A stretch of DNA of 63,272 nucleotides, filler included, from Reclinomonas americana ATCC 50394 (GCA_048213135.1; 7 parts of 4 records of this genome joined end to end with filler, not necessarily neighbours in it); one strand, 5' to 3'. Positions 46,496 to 59,396 are shown, counted from the first letter of the whole stretch. Numbers and translations are program-made. The notes: generated by a model from the letters alone, not told the origin.

Positions 46496-47281
46496 CAAGA
46501 GCAAGAGCATACGCTGATGGAGGTAAATTTGAACAGGCGCAATGGAGAGTGAGAGAGGGAGGAAGGGGAGGAGAGAAAGGAACACATGAAACAGTGCGCA
46601 AAAGGCCACACAAACAGCGACTGGCGAGGAGGTAAACAACAAGAGAGTCAGTTGACTAAACAGAGTGAGAGTGCGTGCAAAGAAAGAGTGAGAGAGAATC
46701 AAACGAAAGAAGACACAAGAAAGAGAGCCGCGATGAGCGCGCGCGCGGAAATACAGCGCGAGAAACCAAACTCACACTCACATACGCACAGAGAGAAACA
46801 CACAAAGACACACACACTCTCTCTCTCTCTCTTCTTTACACAAGCAGACACAGAGTGTGTAAAAGTGAGAGGCAAACCCCCATTTTTGTTGTGCAATGCA
46901 GCAGTCGGGGCGTCGCACAAAAAAAAGGTCGTTGATGTGAATGATGATTTTGCGCGCGCTCGCAGCAGTCGCACAAATAAACACAAGCTCATTGCTCACA
47001 CGCACACTCATTCTCTTTGTGTTTCTGTGTGTGTTGCTGTGTGTGTGAGAGAGTGACGCACCCTTGAGGAGGACGGAGAAGACGACTTCTCCAGTCGACT
47101 CTTCCATTCCCACGAGCTTCACATCTGACAGCACGCGATCCGCAGCACCCGCTGTGCATCCAAACACACACGCGCACACACGCACACACACAGAGAGAGC
47201 AAGAGAGCAAGAGTGAGCGCGGTTTGTGTGAGTGTGTTTGCAAACGGCCATCTCGCGCTCTTTATATAAACCTTGCGCCAT
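44621..47281 (-). CDS. Hypothetical protein, 5' exons; continues toward the gap at 43930
   Basis: Phase-compatible exons MAQ|AGAADRVLSDVKLVGMEESTGEVVFSVLLK|GLVAAYQSSLH...AELAWR|AINRLDVIDNWHVCLPYTFCELAGL (about 47272-47281, 47062-47151, 44832-45211, 44621-44696). No family recognised. Confidence 0.6.
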
Positions 47282-47306
47282 TTTCGCGAGAAGTGAGACG
47301 GGATCG

Positions 47307-48275
47307 GTGTCGATGAAGCAGCGATCGCCGCAGCCGTTAGTGCCAGCTGCAGTGCCGATCAGAAACGTCTGCATCTTCTTCTTCTTCTCTCACACACAAG
47401 ATCGATCGTTTCGAAATGGCGTGTCCGATTGGTCAATGTCGAGGTTTTTGAAATGCAGATCTTGTCGGCAGTGAGGTGCAAACAGGGTACTGCGTGCCAG
47501 TGCGTAATGCATGCAATATACAGAAACCTTGTGTGAATTCAAATTCACGATCGCGCTGCGATTTCCAACTTCGAAACTTTTGTGATTTTTGGTGTCGATC
47601 AAGCAGCGAATCGCCGCAGCCGTTGGTGCCAGCTGCAGTGCCGATCAGAAACGTCTGCATCGTCTCTTCTCTTATCTCACACACAAGATCGATCGTTTCG
47701 AAATGGCGTGTCCGATTGGTCAATGTCGAGGTTTGAATTGCAGACCATGTCGTCAACGAGCTGCAAACAGGGTACTGCATGCTAGCGCGGAATGCATGCA
47801 TCGTGCAGAAACCTTGTGTGATCTCGAATTCACCATTGCGCAGCGATCGCGATTCCAAAATCGATATTTTTTGTGTTTTTTCGTGTCGATCAACCAGCGA
47901 TCGCCGCAGCCGTTGGTGCCTGCTGCAGCGCCGATTAGAAACGTCTGCATCTGCTTCTTCTCTTCTCTCACACACAAGATCGATCGTTTCGAAATAGCGT
48001 GTCCGATTGGTCAATGTCGAGGTTTTTGAAATGCAGACCTTGTCGTCAACGAGCTGCAAACAGGGTACTGCATGCTAGTGCGTAATGCATGTATCGTGCA
48101 GAAACCTTGTGTGATTTGGAATTCGCCATTGCGCAGCGATCGCGATTTCCAAAANNNNNNNNNNNNNNNNNNNNTACATCAAGGACATCCTACTTTTGTG
48201 ATTTTTGGTGTCGATCAAGCAGCGATCGCCGCAGCCGTTCATGCCAGCTGCAGTGCCGATCAGAAACGTCTGCAC
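47307..48275. repeat. Tandem array of a complex unit of about 290 bp (about 3.3 copies, one small gap) between divergently transcribed genes
   Basis: gtgtcgatcaagcagcgatcgccgcagccgtt...gatcagaaacgtctgca restarts at about 47307, 47592, 47883 and 48208. Confidence 0.92.
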
Positions 48276-49107
48276 TGAGTGCGCAAGTGTGATTGTTACA
48301 CCGAATTCTCTCACGGGCAAAATACTAAAATCGTCTTGGCCTGCAAATGTTGCAACTTCTGGATGGAATGCCTTGTCTTCTGTTTCCTTCTCTTCCCTGA
48401 GTTCCAGGTCCGGCATGTCTCTCCTTCAATCTCGAGGCCATTGCTCTCTACCCACGTTTAGATGTGCCGCACAAGACCGCAGCCAAGTTGAGTGTCCAAG
48501 AGATACTGGAGAACAAATCCACGCAACTTGGTTTTTCTCGGCCAGTTCGAATTTGAATTCGGAGCTCCAAAGTGTGTGCACACAAGAAACCAACCTTCGG
48601 CCGGCAAGACTGGAGTTCGTGTGGGAGGTGCTGACGCCTTTGCCCTGCCTCAAATCCACTGCGCTCTTCAGCAGGCTTTTTGCGGTTCCGACTCGCTCGA
48701 ATGCGCAGTTGAAGCTCGGGGGAGCGAACGCGCACAAGAAAACCAACATTCTACCTTCAAGACTGGTGTTAATTCCTGATTTTTACTTGTCATGAGCCGT
48801 GGTTTCTCTTGCAGAAACGGCATCATTAGCCATCTCGACTTTTTCTCGCTTTGTCGTTATGTCTGAGTTTCTGGTGCTCACTCAAGATGGTGATCATCAT
48901 GCAGCTGTGTTGCTGTTTGGATTTGTAAAGTTGTTGTTGTTGTTATTGCTTGGCCAGCTGCTGTGGCCTGCCTGCCGGCGAACATGAATTACCGACCGAC
49001 AGATATTGCCCTTTTATTGTCCAACTCCTCACGCAAGTGCGAGCGAGAGAAAAGGTGTCTGCGCGCACACAAAGCTGCTGTGCTGCGCCACGCGAAACTG
49101 CACAGCA

Positions 49108-49322
49108 ATGTCGCACAAAAGACACACAAACTGGAGGAGAACAGCAAGGCGTGCGACGAACGAGACACAAGAGAGGTATTCACTCGCACTTACTCATTCA
49201 CTGTGCTCTCTCTCTCCCCCCCTCCTCTCTCACTCTCACACTCACACTCACTCTCCCACACTCTGCATTTCTCTGTCTCTCTCTCTCACTCTCTCACTCA
49301 CTCTCCCACGCTCTGCATTTCT

Positions 49323-49356
<34 letters not shown>

Positions 49357-52300
49357 TTCTCTGTTGATCTCTGTCATCTTTCACTACTTTGTTCCTTTCT
49401 TCCCCCCTGCCCTTTCCCCCTTGCCACTCACCTCCCCCCCTCTCTCTCGCTCCCCTCACAGGCCACCTCTCCAATCATCCCTCCTCCTCCTTCTCCTTGT
49501 CCTCCTCCTCCTCCTCTGCTCGCCTCCGCCCGCCCACGCCGCCCAGACAATCTCCACTGGACCCGCCAGTGAGATCCTCACCACGAGCGCCACTCTGACG
49601 GCCGTGGCCTCCGCCAACGATCAGCCTTCCACCGCCGTTTCCATGCAATATGGTACCTCGCAGACCATGTTTTTCTCGTATTCTTCGGTGCTGGCGGGAA
49701 CGCCGCCGGCCGCCGGTTCGTCAGCGGGAACCGGCACTGCGGCGCTGTTTAATAGTCCGTATGGAGTGGCGGTGGATTCACTGGGGAATGTCTATGCGGC
49801 TGATCGGTGAGTGTGAGGGGAAAAGGGGGGAAAGGGTGATGGTCTCGGGCTCTCGTTCTCTATTTCTTTATCCTCTTTCTTGAGCTCTCTCTCGCGGCGT
49901 CTCTCATTCTCCGTCTCTGTCTCTTTCTCTGTCTCTTTTTGTTTCTCACCTATCTCTTCTCTCTCTCTCTCTCACACACACACACACTCATTTCCCCGTT
50001 CTTATCCATGTCTTTGTGGCTGATCGATGAGCGTGAAGAGAGAGCCACGGATGGTCTCTGTGTCTTTTCCCTTCCTTGTCTTCTTTCTCGTGGTCTCTCT
50101 CTCTCTCTCTCACTGTCTCTTTCTCGCACTCCTTGCCTCTCTTCCCTCTCCTCTCCCTTCTCCTCTCTCGCTCTCTTTCCCTTCCTCCCTCCCTCACACA
50201 CTCATTCTCACTGCACTACGTGCTCACTCACTCGCACTCATTGTCTCTTTTCCCTTCCCCCTCCCGTCTCCTCTCTCACTTATCTCTCTCTCTCTCTCAC
50301 ACTCATTTCCCCGTTCTCCTTATCCATGTCTTTGTGGCTGATCGATGAGCTTGAAGATGCCCCTTCCCTTCTTTTTTACCTCCTTCTTGTGCTCTCTCTC
50401 CAACTCTCTACTTACCCCTGCTCACTCACCGATCAACCACAGACGGACATAGATAAGAAGATGAAAAGGGGAAATGAGACAGAAATGAAGAGGAAGAGAC
50501 AGACACAGAGAATGAGAGACGGTGAGAAAGAGAGAAAGGAGACAAGGAAGGGAAAAGGCATAGACCATATGTCTTTGTGGCTGATCGATGAGCATGAAGA
50601 TGCCTCTTCCCTTCATATTAACCTCCTTCTTGTGCTCTCTCTCGCGGCGTCTCTCATTCTCCGTCTCCGTCTCTTTCTCGCACTCCTTGCCTCTCTTCCC
50701 TCTCCTCTCCCTCTCCTCTCTCTCTCATTTCCCCTTTCTCGTTATTCATGTCTTTGTGGCTGCTTGATGAGCGTGAAGAGAGAGCCACGGATGGTCTATG
50801 CCTTTTCCCTTCCTTGTCTCCTTTCTCTCTTTCTCACCGTCTCTCATTCTCTGTGTCTGTCTCTTCCTCTTCATTTCTGTCTCATTTCCCCTTTTCATCT
50901 TCTTATCTATGTCCGTCTGTGGTTGATCGGTGAGTGAGCAGGGGTAAGTAGAGAGTTGGAGACGATCTCTGGCTTGCTTACCGCGCCCTTCGTTTCAACC
51001 TCTTTCTTCAGCCCGCTCTTGCTCGCTCACCTGTTGATCTTTTACTCGCTTTACTCTTTCTCGCCTTCCTCTTTCTCTTCCTCTCACTGTATCTCTGATA
51101 TCACCTTTGCATCTCATTCTCCACGTCTGTTTGGCGGCTCGAATGAGTGAGTGTGGGCGATGGGAGTTCTGGGGACGGTTGTTGGCTCGACTCTCCCTCC
51201 CTCCCTCTCTCTCTCTCCCTCTCTCTCCCCACTCTCTAATTGCTCACACCTACTTCGTTCCCCCACAGGCTCAATCATGTCATCCGGTACGTTGTTTGCC
51301 TGGCGTCCCAGCGCCACGCACAATCTCACTTCCTCTTTCTCACCGCGCAGCGCCATTTCGTCCACCGCCGTCGTCACTACACTCGCTGGGACTGCAGGAT
51401 CCTCAGGAACGACAGATGGCACAGGCGCAGGTGTGCTTCTTTATCTCACTGCCCAAGGCAAATGCCTGCTGTACACTCACTCTTCGCCTCGCTTGTGTCA
51501 CCCTGCTTTCCCTCTCTGTCTCTCCGTCTCTCTCTATCCCCCGTTCGGCTCCTTTTTACGTTCCATCACCCTGTCCCTTCTCGTTCCTCCTTTCTCCTTT
51601 CCATGCCCCCTTTGACGCCCCTCATTTGTCATTCGCTTGCCTTTTCCTTTTTCTCTTCCCCTCTCTCTTCCTGCTCGCTCTTCCCCCTTGCTCGTCCCCC
51701 TTTTCCCCCCTGCCTCTCACCCTGTCTCGCACCCTGTCTCTCACCCTGTCTCTCACCCTGTCTCGTGCCCTGTCTTGCACCCTGTCTCGCACCCTGTCTC
51801 TCACCCTGTCTCTCACCCTGTCTCGCACCCTGTCTCGCTCCCTGTCTCTCACCTCTTTCCCTTCCCCTTTCCCTTCTCTCCCCCTTTCCCTTCTCTCTCC
51901 CTTTCCCTTCCCCCTTTCCTTTTTCTCCCCCTTAACCTTCCCCTTTTCCCTTCTCTCCCCCTTTCCCTTCTCTCCCCCTTTCCATTCTCTCCCCGTGTGT
52001 GCAGCCGCTCGCTTCAACCTGCCGCGCGAACTCGCCGTCGACAACACCAACGTGTTGTGGGTGCTTGACGTTGCGACGCATGTTTTGTTTGCCCATCCTT
52101 CGCTTCCCCCGTCGCCCTGACGACCTGCCTCGATTTTCCCGCTCCTTTCCGCACAGACTGCAAACCACTGCATTCGCAAAGTCACCATCACCGGCGCTCC
52201 CATTGGTGTCGTCACGACTCTGGCAGGCACGTGCGGCTCATCGGGCAGTGTGGATGGCACGGGCAGCGCGGCGCGCTTTCAGGTCGGTCTCGTGCTTTTC

Positions 52301-55177
52301 GATGGTAGTTGATCGCATTTGACTCTCTCCCTTTCAGAATCCCGCTGGCATCGACTACGACACAGTAACAGCATCGCTCTACGTGACCGACGTTGCGTAA
52401 CCACCTCGCTACTGCGTGTCTCTTTGCCACCGTTCACCCCTGACTTTTGTCGCCCCGCAGTACGACAACTCAACGATTCGTCGTGTCACCATTCCTGGCG
52501 CCGTGGTCACCACCATCGCCGGCACGGCAGGAACCCCGGGCAATCTCGATGGCACTGGCAGTGCCGCCCGCTTCAATAACGTGCGCCCCCTGTGTCCTCC
52601 AAATCCCTCTTGTACCTCGCTCACTCCTACCCTTTTTAATCCTGCAGCCCTGGGGAATTTCTGTTGACTCAGCCAATGGCCTGGCATGGATCGCCGACAC
52701 AAATAATCGACTCATCAGAACCGTTGCGTGGGAGCGACGCGTCGTTTCTTTAATCCACATTTCTTGGTTTCTTTCTTGCTTTCAACTCTCTGCTGTTGCT
52801 CTCCTTGTTCCTTACGTCCTTCTCCCCGTTTGTCTTCTGCGTCCTAGCTTCCTATCTTCTGTTCTTTCTTTATGCTCTTTTTCACTCTCACGAGCTTCAA
52901 TCACAGATGACAATTCCCGGCGGTACGGTCACCACCGTCGCCGGTACCATTGCCTCCAGCACTCCTGCAGATGGTAACGGCACGAGTGCCGTATTCAACG
53001 CACCAGGTGGTGGCTCTCTCGATGGCACCGGATTCTTCTACGTTGTTGATCAGAATTGGCACTGTTTGCGCCGCGTGTCGACTGCCGCCCCGTATACTGT
53101 GACCTCGGTTGCCGGTGTGTCAATGTGTACTCCGCGTTCGTGCCTTGCGAGCAGTCTACTCACCTCAATGTGCGGGGGTGGGGGCAGGCCGGTGCGGCTG
53201 GTCTGGCTATGCCGACGGCACTGGCGCCACGCCACTGGGTCGTCTTTTCTATCCGCGCAGCTGTCGATCCGACAAGGCAGGCACGTTGTACATTGCCGAC
53301 GCCAGCAACAATGCTATTCGCCGTTACATTCCCGCGACACCGGCGTTGAACACATTTGCCGGTTCCGTCAGCAACGCCGGCTCGACTAGTGGCTCTCCCG
53401 GTCGCCTCAACAATCCGAACGACGTGGTGGTCGACTCGATGGGTAATGTGGTGGTCGCAGATGTTGCGTGAAACGGCGAAGGGAGTGTGGGGAAAGTGAG
53501 GTGACAGTGGCTGAGCCAGGATTGTGTGTCTCAATGCTTGGTTGTGCGTTGTCTGAATCGCTGGCATAGGCGTTCTTCAGTCGTTTTCTCGTTCGCTCTT
53601 CACCAATCGTATTACTTGTTTGTCTTGTCTTCTGCTGGGTATCCCTCTTGCGCTGTTTCCATGGTCTTTTCCTCACTGCCCTTCTCGCGCTCTCATTTGT
53701 CTCTGGTTCCGATGACTTTATCGCTTCGTGTGACTGTCCTTATCGTTGATTGCACCCTCCATTTGTGCATGACCACCCTCCTTGTTCCTCAGTTGTCGCT
53801 TGCTTCTTCCTCCGTGTTTCCCTGTTCAGACCGGCAACCACGCCCTTCGCTACATCACTGCCGCTGGAGTGACCAGCACGTTGGCGGGTCAAGTGGGCAC
53901 GCCGGGCACGGCGAACGGCACATCGACGGGTGCTCAGTTCAATGGACCGCGTGGTGTTGGTATTGACTCCACAGACACGATCTGGGTTGCCGATTCCGGT
54001 GCTCACACGATTCGTAAGGTCTGCGATGTGTTGCATTCTGGAGACTCTCTCTTTTCACCCTTCCTAACCCGCTTTCCATCGCAGGTGACGCTTGCCGGCG
54101 TAGTGACCACGTTTGCGGGCACTGCAGGTACTGCCGGCATCGGCAGCGGTGTGCCGGGTCTGCTCAGCAACCCGGGCGACGTAGCCACCGACACGGCCAT
54201 CACGAATATGTATGTTGCCGACACGGATTCCAACACCATTCGGAAGATAATCGTGTCGACTGGTTCCGTCTCCACGCTTGCCGGCAGCGCCACGGGTGTT
54301 TCTGGGTCCGCCAATGGTACTGGTACTGCTGCGACGTTTAATGGTGAGTTCGGGGAGAGGATACAGCAGCGCAGCAAGAGGTACAAGAGGAGTGGAAGAG
54401 GGAGATAGACAGAGAATAACGAGAGAGGAGTGGAGGAGCAGCATGAAAGTGGCTTGATGGATGGGCGTAATATGACTACTGCCTTTCTCACGGAGAGTAA
54501 TGCACTGTCCATTCGGTGGGCTGGCTTCCTTCTCACGTGCTTTCCGGAGAGACAGAGGGCAAGAGTTAATGAGGGTAAGGAGTAGTGACTTACCGCGTGT
54601 GCTAGACTGACAGAGCGCTGGTTTGATATTCGTCGAGAGAAATGCAGTCTCATTACAATCACACTCACTTATTCTCACGCGCTTTTCTTCTTCGCCTTTC
54701 CACTATTCTTGCTTCGTCTCCTGCCCATCATTCTGCATTATCGTTTCCTTGTGATCGTTCTCGGTGCTCACTTTGTTCTTGCACTCGCCCAGGCCCCGCC
54801 AGCATTGTCGTTGGCCCGACTGGCATCGTGTATGTCGCCGACTCGAACAATCGCATGATTCGCGCCATCACCGCTGCTGGTGTGGTGACGACCCTTGCTG
54901 GATCGACCGCGTCTGGCTCCACCGATGCCACGGGAACATCGGCGCGATTTAGTAACGTGATGGGCCTGGCAATCAGTGCGCTTGGCGATGTCCTCTTTGT
55001 TGGTGACAACAATAACCACGGCATTCGGCGAGTGACGACTGCAGCCGGTGTGACTACCACGTACGCGGGTGGCTACAATGGCCCAGGATACACTGAGGGC
55101 ACTGGCGCCGCTATCCGTTTCTTCTTCCCGTTTGGCTTGGCGCTGAACTCGGCGGGCGATGTGTACGTGGCTGACAG
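49108..55177 (+). CDS. Secreted/surface NHL-repeat (beta-propeller) protein with an N-terminal Fn3-like segment; 3' end lost in gap
   Basis: Signal-peptide-like SLLLLLLVLLLLLCSPPPAHA, then TTSATL...MQYGTS. About 9-10 repeats of the type G.DGTG.AARFN.P.G.AVD..G..YVAD..N..IR.I...GVVTTLAG, joined in phase over about 13 introns. Confidence 0.9.
50397..50962. repeat. Inverted repeat, 172-bp arms (50397-50568 and 50791-50962), 222-bp spacer
   Basis: Arms read as exact reverse complements (tctccaactctctacttacccc...tagaccat versus atggtcta...ggggtaagtagagagttggaga). Confidence 0.92.
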
Positions 55178-55315
55178 GTGCGGTTGGGTAAAGGGACAGT
55201 GTGTGTGAGAGGGGGACAGCGAGGAAGCATTGCTACTGATTGCGCTATCCAGTTTGCGGGTTACTTCTCGTCCCGTCCCGCCCTGTTCATCCACCGTGCT
55301 TTTCCTTCTTCTCGC

Positions 55316-55612
55316 TCCTCTGTCGTTCTCCACTCCTCTGTCGTGCTCCACTCCTCTGTCGTGCTCCACTCCTCTTTCGTGCTCCACTCCTCTGTCGTGC
55401 TCCAGTCCTCTGTTTTCCCGCACCCCTCTGTCGCTCGCCACCCTCTGTCGCTCGCCACTCCTCTGTCCCCCACTCCTCTGTCGCTCCCCACTCCTCTGTC
55501 CCCCACTCCTCTGTCGCTCCCCACTCCTCTGTCGCTCCCCACTCCTCTGTCGCTCCCCACTCCTCTGTTTTTCCCCACTCCTCTGTTTTTCCCCACTCCT
55601 CTGTCGTTCTCC
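55316..55612. repeat. 15-18-bp minisatellite (ccactcctctgtcgtgct-like)
   Basis: Directly visible. Confidence 0.9.
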
Positions 55613-56151
55613 ACACCACCTTCCCCTTCCCCTTCCCCCTTCTCCTTCCCCCTTCTCCTCCCCCCTTCTCCTTCCCCCCTTCTCCTTCCCCCCTTCTCCT
55701 TCCCCCTTCTCCTTCCCCCCTTCTCCTTCCCCNNNNNNNNNNNNNNNNNNNNNNNNNNNNNNNNNNNNNNNNNNNNTTAATTAATTAANNNNNNNNNNNN
55801 NNNNNNNNNNNNNNNNNNNNNNNNNNNNNNNNCTTACAAGGATGAAAGAGGGATAGATGCTCTCGTGTTTGCATGGGTTGCTGTCATGAAGCAGGCGACT
55901 CCTGCATGTCGGAAAGTGCTTGTGCTTCGCTCATCCAATCTCTGTTGGGGTGTTCAAGGACTGCGTTGCATCCTAGTGCTCTTTTCTCTCTCTCTCTCTC
56001 TCTCTGATGCTCAGTGATTTGTTTTCCCTACGTGAGCACATTCATTCTTTTGAAACGAGCAGCAAGATAGCTATGGCTGTGTGCTTCTCCTCCCTTCGGA
56101 GTTCCTGACTGCATGTGTCTATTTGCTTTTGCCTCCCTTGTCGTCACACAG

Positions 56152-56496
56152 AACACCGGCACCATTCGCGCCCGCGACGTGACCACCATTCTCCGCCTCC
56201 AGGTACTCCATCCTCACCAAACCACTCCTTCTCCTTCGTCTCCTCCCTTTCTTATCCCTCCACAGATCCTCTTCATGCAAGCCACACTCCTCAGCACCTT
56301 CGCCAGCCTCCTCGCCGTGGACCGCGCGGAGGCCACCGCCGACCTCCTCCTGCCCGACACCGATCGCGTGGCGGCCGCCGCCGAGCAGCTAGTAGCCAAA
56401 CTGCAGCTCGACGAGTCCGGCCGCATCACCGAAGAGCAGTTCCACGACGTGCTCTTTGTGCGACCAACGTCCGCCACCGCCGCCGTTGTACTATAA
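56152..56496 (+). CDS. 3' exons of an EF-hand-containing protein
   Basis: NTGTIRARDVTTILRLQ|ILFMQ...AEQLVAKLQLDESGRITEEQFHDVL contains two degenerate EF-hand-like loops; probable intron 56203-56265. Confidence 0.55.
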   Translation, partial: NTGTIRARDVTTILRLQVLHPHQTTPSPSSPPFLIPPQILFMQATLLSTFASLLAVDRAEATADLLLPDTDRVAAAAEQLVAKLQLDESGRITEEQFHDVLFVRPTSATAAVVL

Positions 56497-57814
56497 CTCT
56501 TGTTAAGAAGTGCTTTTTTGGTCAAAGTAACATTTTGCGCCACGACATCCTTTTGAGGCCAACACGCGTTTGATTGGCTTTGTCTCCTGAAAGGGAAGAT
56601 GTCTGTTGGAGAAGATTCATCTAGTATATTCTTTTTCTCGCTTTTTTCGTGATNNNNNNNNNNNNNNNNNNNNNNNNNNNNNNNNNNNNNNNNNNNNNNN
56701 NNNNNNNNNNNNNNNNNNNNNNNNNNNNNNNNNNNNNNNNNNNNNNNNNNNNNNNNNNNNNNNNNNNNNNNNNNNNNNNNNNNNNNNNNNNNNNNNNNNN
56801 NNNNNNNNNNNNNNNNNNNNNNNNNNNNNNNNNNNNNNNNNNNNNNNNNNNNNNNNNNNNNNNNNNNNNNNNNNNNNNNNNNNNNNNNNNNNNNNNNNNN
56901 NNNNNNNNNNNNNNNNNNNNNNNNNNNNNNNNNNNNNNNNNNNNNNNNNNNNNNNNNNNNNNNNNNNNNNNNNNNNNNNNNNNNNNNNNNNNNNNNNNNN
57001 NNNNNNNNNNNNNNNNNNNNNNNNNNNNNNNNNNNNNNNNNNNNNNNNNNNNNNNNNNNNNNNNNNNNNNNNNNNNNNNNNNNNNNNNNNNNNNNNNNNN
57101 NNNNNNNNNNNNNNNNNNNNNNNNNNNNNNNNNNNNNNNNNNNNNNNNNNNNNNNNNNNNNNNNNNNNNNNNNNNNNNNNNNNNNNNNNNNNNNNNNNNN
57201 NNNNNNNNNNNNNNNNNNNNNNNNNNNNNNNNNNNNNNNNNNNNNNNNNNNNNNNNNNNNNNNNNNNNNNNNNNNNNNNNNNNNNNNNNNNNNNNNNNNN
57301 NNNNNNNNNNNNNNNNNNNNNNNNNNNNNNNNNNNNNNNNNNNNNNNNNNNNNNNNNNNNNNNNNNNNNNNNNNNNNNNNNNNNNNNNNNNNNNNNNNNN
57401 NNNNNNNNNNNNNNNNNNNNNNNNNNNNNNNNNNNNNGTTGTTGGTGTGCCAATGGTCATCGTCGGCAAGGGATATGTGGACATTTGTCGCATTATAATT
57501 ATAATTATTGGAATGTGGTGAATGAAGTGTTTTTCTTCCAACATTGAATTCTGCACGCAGCAGCTGTGGAAGTGAGAACACACAGCTGTATGTTACACGC
57601 AGTTGTTCGCTCTTCCAAGGCCGACAGTGAGGCAAACTTCCGACGTCGAGCTGCACCTTCTCTCTCCGCAATTGCGCTTTCCTCAACGCTTGCCCACGAT
57701 TACATAGCAGGTTTCCACTTGTGTAGTCAACACCAGCACGACAACAAAGCAGAGAAAAACGCACACAAACAAAGTCCCTCTTCATATTTGTCGGACACAG
57801 TGTTTTTCATACGT

Positions 57815-57862
57815 ATGGCGTCGAGACCAGCGCCTCCGGTGCCGCCTCCTCGCGGAGGAGGG
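57815..57862 (+). CDS. Probable first exon of an unknown gene (MASRPAPPVPPPRGGG)
   Basis: ATG, GC-rich Pro-rich codons, then a GTGAGT donor and low-complexity intron. Confidence 0.4.
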
Positions 57863-58454
57863 GTGAGTGTGTCTCTTGTCTCTCTCAGTGTGTGTGTGTG
57901 TGTGCTCGCTTTGCTGTGTGTTGCGTGTGTGTGATGGGAAAAACTTTGTCTGTCTGACGAGTGTGTGTGTGTGCAAGAGTGTGTGTGCGTGTGTGTGTGT
58001 GTGAGTGAGAGAGAGATACTGTTATGCGCGTGTGTTTGTGTGTGTGAGGAAGACAAGCAGATGTGCATTTCCGAAGCGCATGTGTGAGTTTGCGCAGTCA
58101 TCAGTCTTTTCTCTCTCCTCTCTCTCTCAGTCTCTCTCTCTCGCTCGCTCACTTGCACACAGAAACACATTCACCAAACACGTATATGGAGAGAGAGACG
58201 GACTCCATCTGAATCACTCACTTACTCAGCACATCCCTCTCTCTCACACTCTCTCTCTCTCTCACACACACACATAGAGTTTCACTCTCCCTCTCATTCT
58301 GTCAGACTCTGCGCAGTATCTTTCTCTGCAGGGACCGCGCACACAGACTCTCACAGAGAGAGAGAGAGAACTCTCCGTCTCATTCTGTCAGACTCCAAAC
58401 TCTGAGCAGTATCTCTCTCTCTTCTCATCTGCAGGGACCGCGCGCACAGACTCA

Positions 58455-58488
<34 letters not shown>

Positions 58489-59320
58489 CGCACGAACACA
58501 GTCTTGCTCCTCTCAGTCAGTCACAGACGCAGTGCAGCCCCTCCTGTCTCCCCCGTCGTCTCTCTCTCTCTCTCTCTCATCACTCTCCCTCTCATACTGT
58601 CAGAGTCTGAGCAGTATCTCTCCCCTCTCACCCGCAGGGACCGCGCACACAGACTCTCACAGAGAGAGAGAGAGACTCGTGCGCACACAGTCTCGCCCTC
58701 AATCAGTCACAGACGCAGTGCAGCCCCTCTGTCACTGTCACTGTCATTGTGTCTCTCCCTTTCCCATGCACACACACACGCACACGCACACGCACACGCA
58801 CACACACACACACACACAGTCTCTCTCTCCCATCTCACTCTCATCTCTGTCTCCCTCTCCCACTCCCTCTCCCTCTCCCNNNNNNNNNNNNNNNNNNNNN
58901 NNNNNNNNNNNNNNNNNNNNNNNTTAATTAATTAANNNNNNNNNNNNNNNNNNNNNNNNNNNNNNNNNNNNNNNNNNNNTGGAGAAATAGATCAATGTGA
59001 TATCATCACGCAACCAAGCAGTCTGTGCATGCCGACCAGCCGGACTTGATATGCGCCAGGTCAGTGCCACCACCACCACCAGGACCGGAGTTGCCACCTG
59101 CACAGAGCACAGAGAGAGAAAAGAGAGAGCGCGCGAAAAATAAGAAATGAGCCTCGGAAAAATATTACAAGCACAGAGAGGGAGAGAGGGAGAGAGGAAG
59201 AGTGAGTGAGTGTGTGTGAGAGAGAGTGTGAGTGCGCGTACCCATGTCTGTGTGAGTTTTGTTTCTCTGAATTTTCATCAGTCTCTATTGTGTTTCTTTG
59301 TGTGTGTTTGTGTGTGCAAA

Positions 59321-59396
59321 ATGGAGAGGTCGCGGGTGATTGTGACAGAGCAGCTGCGGCAGGACTTGGATGCGCTGAGCGAGTTGGCGCCAGAGT
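59321..59396 (+). CDS. COMMD2: COMMD2 exon 1 (on + strand)
   Basis: MERSRVIVTEQLRQDLDALSELAPE resembles the COMMD2 N-terminus. Phase-1 GTGAGT donor at 59397 matches the phase-1 acceptor of exon 2. Confidence 0.7.

Noticed and set aside
47307-48275. CRISPR array or tRNA/5S cluster
   Set aside because: Whole 290-bp units repeat with no unique spacers, the context is eukaryotic, and no cloverleaf or A/B boxes were recognised.
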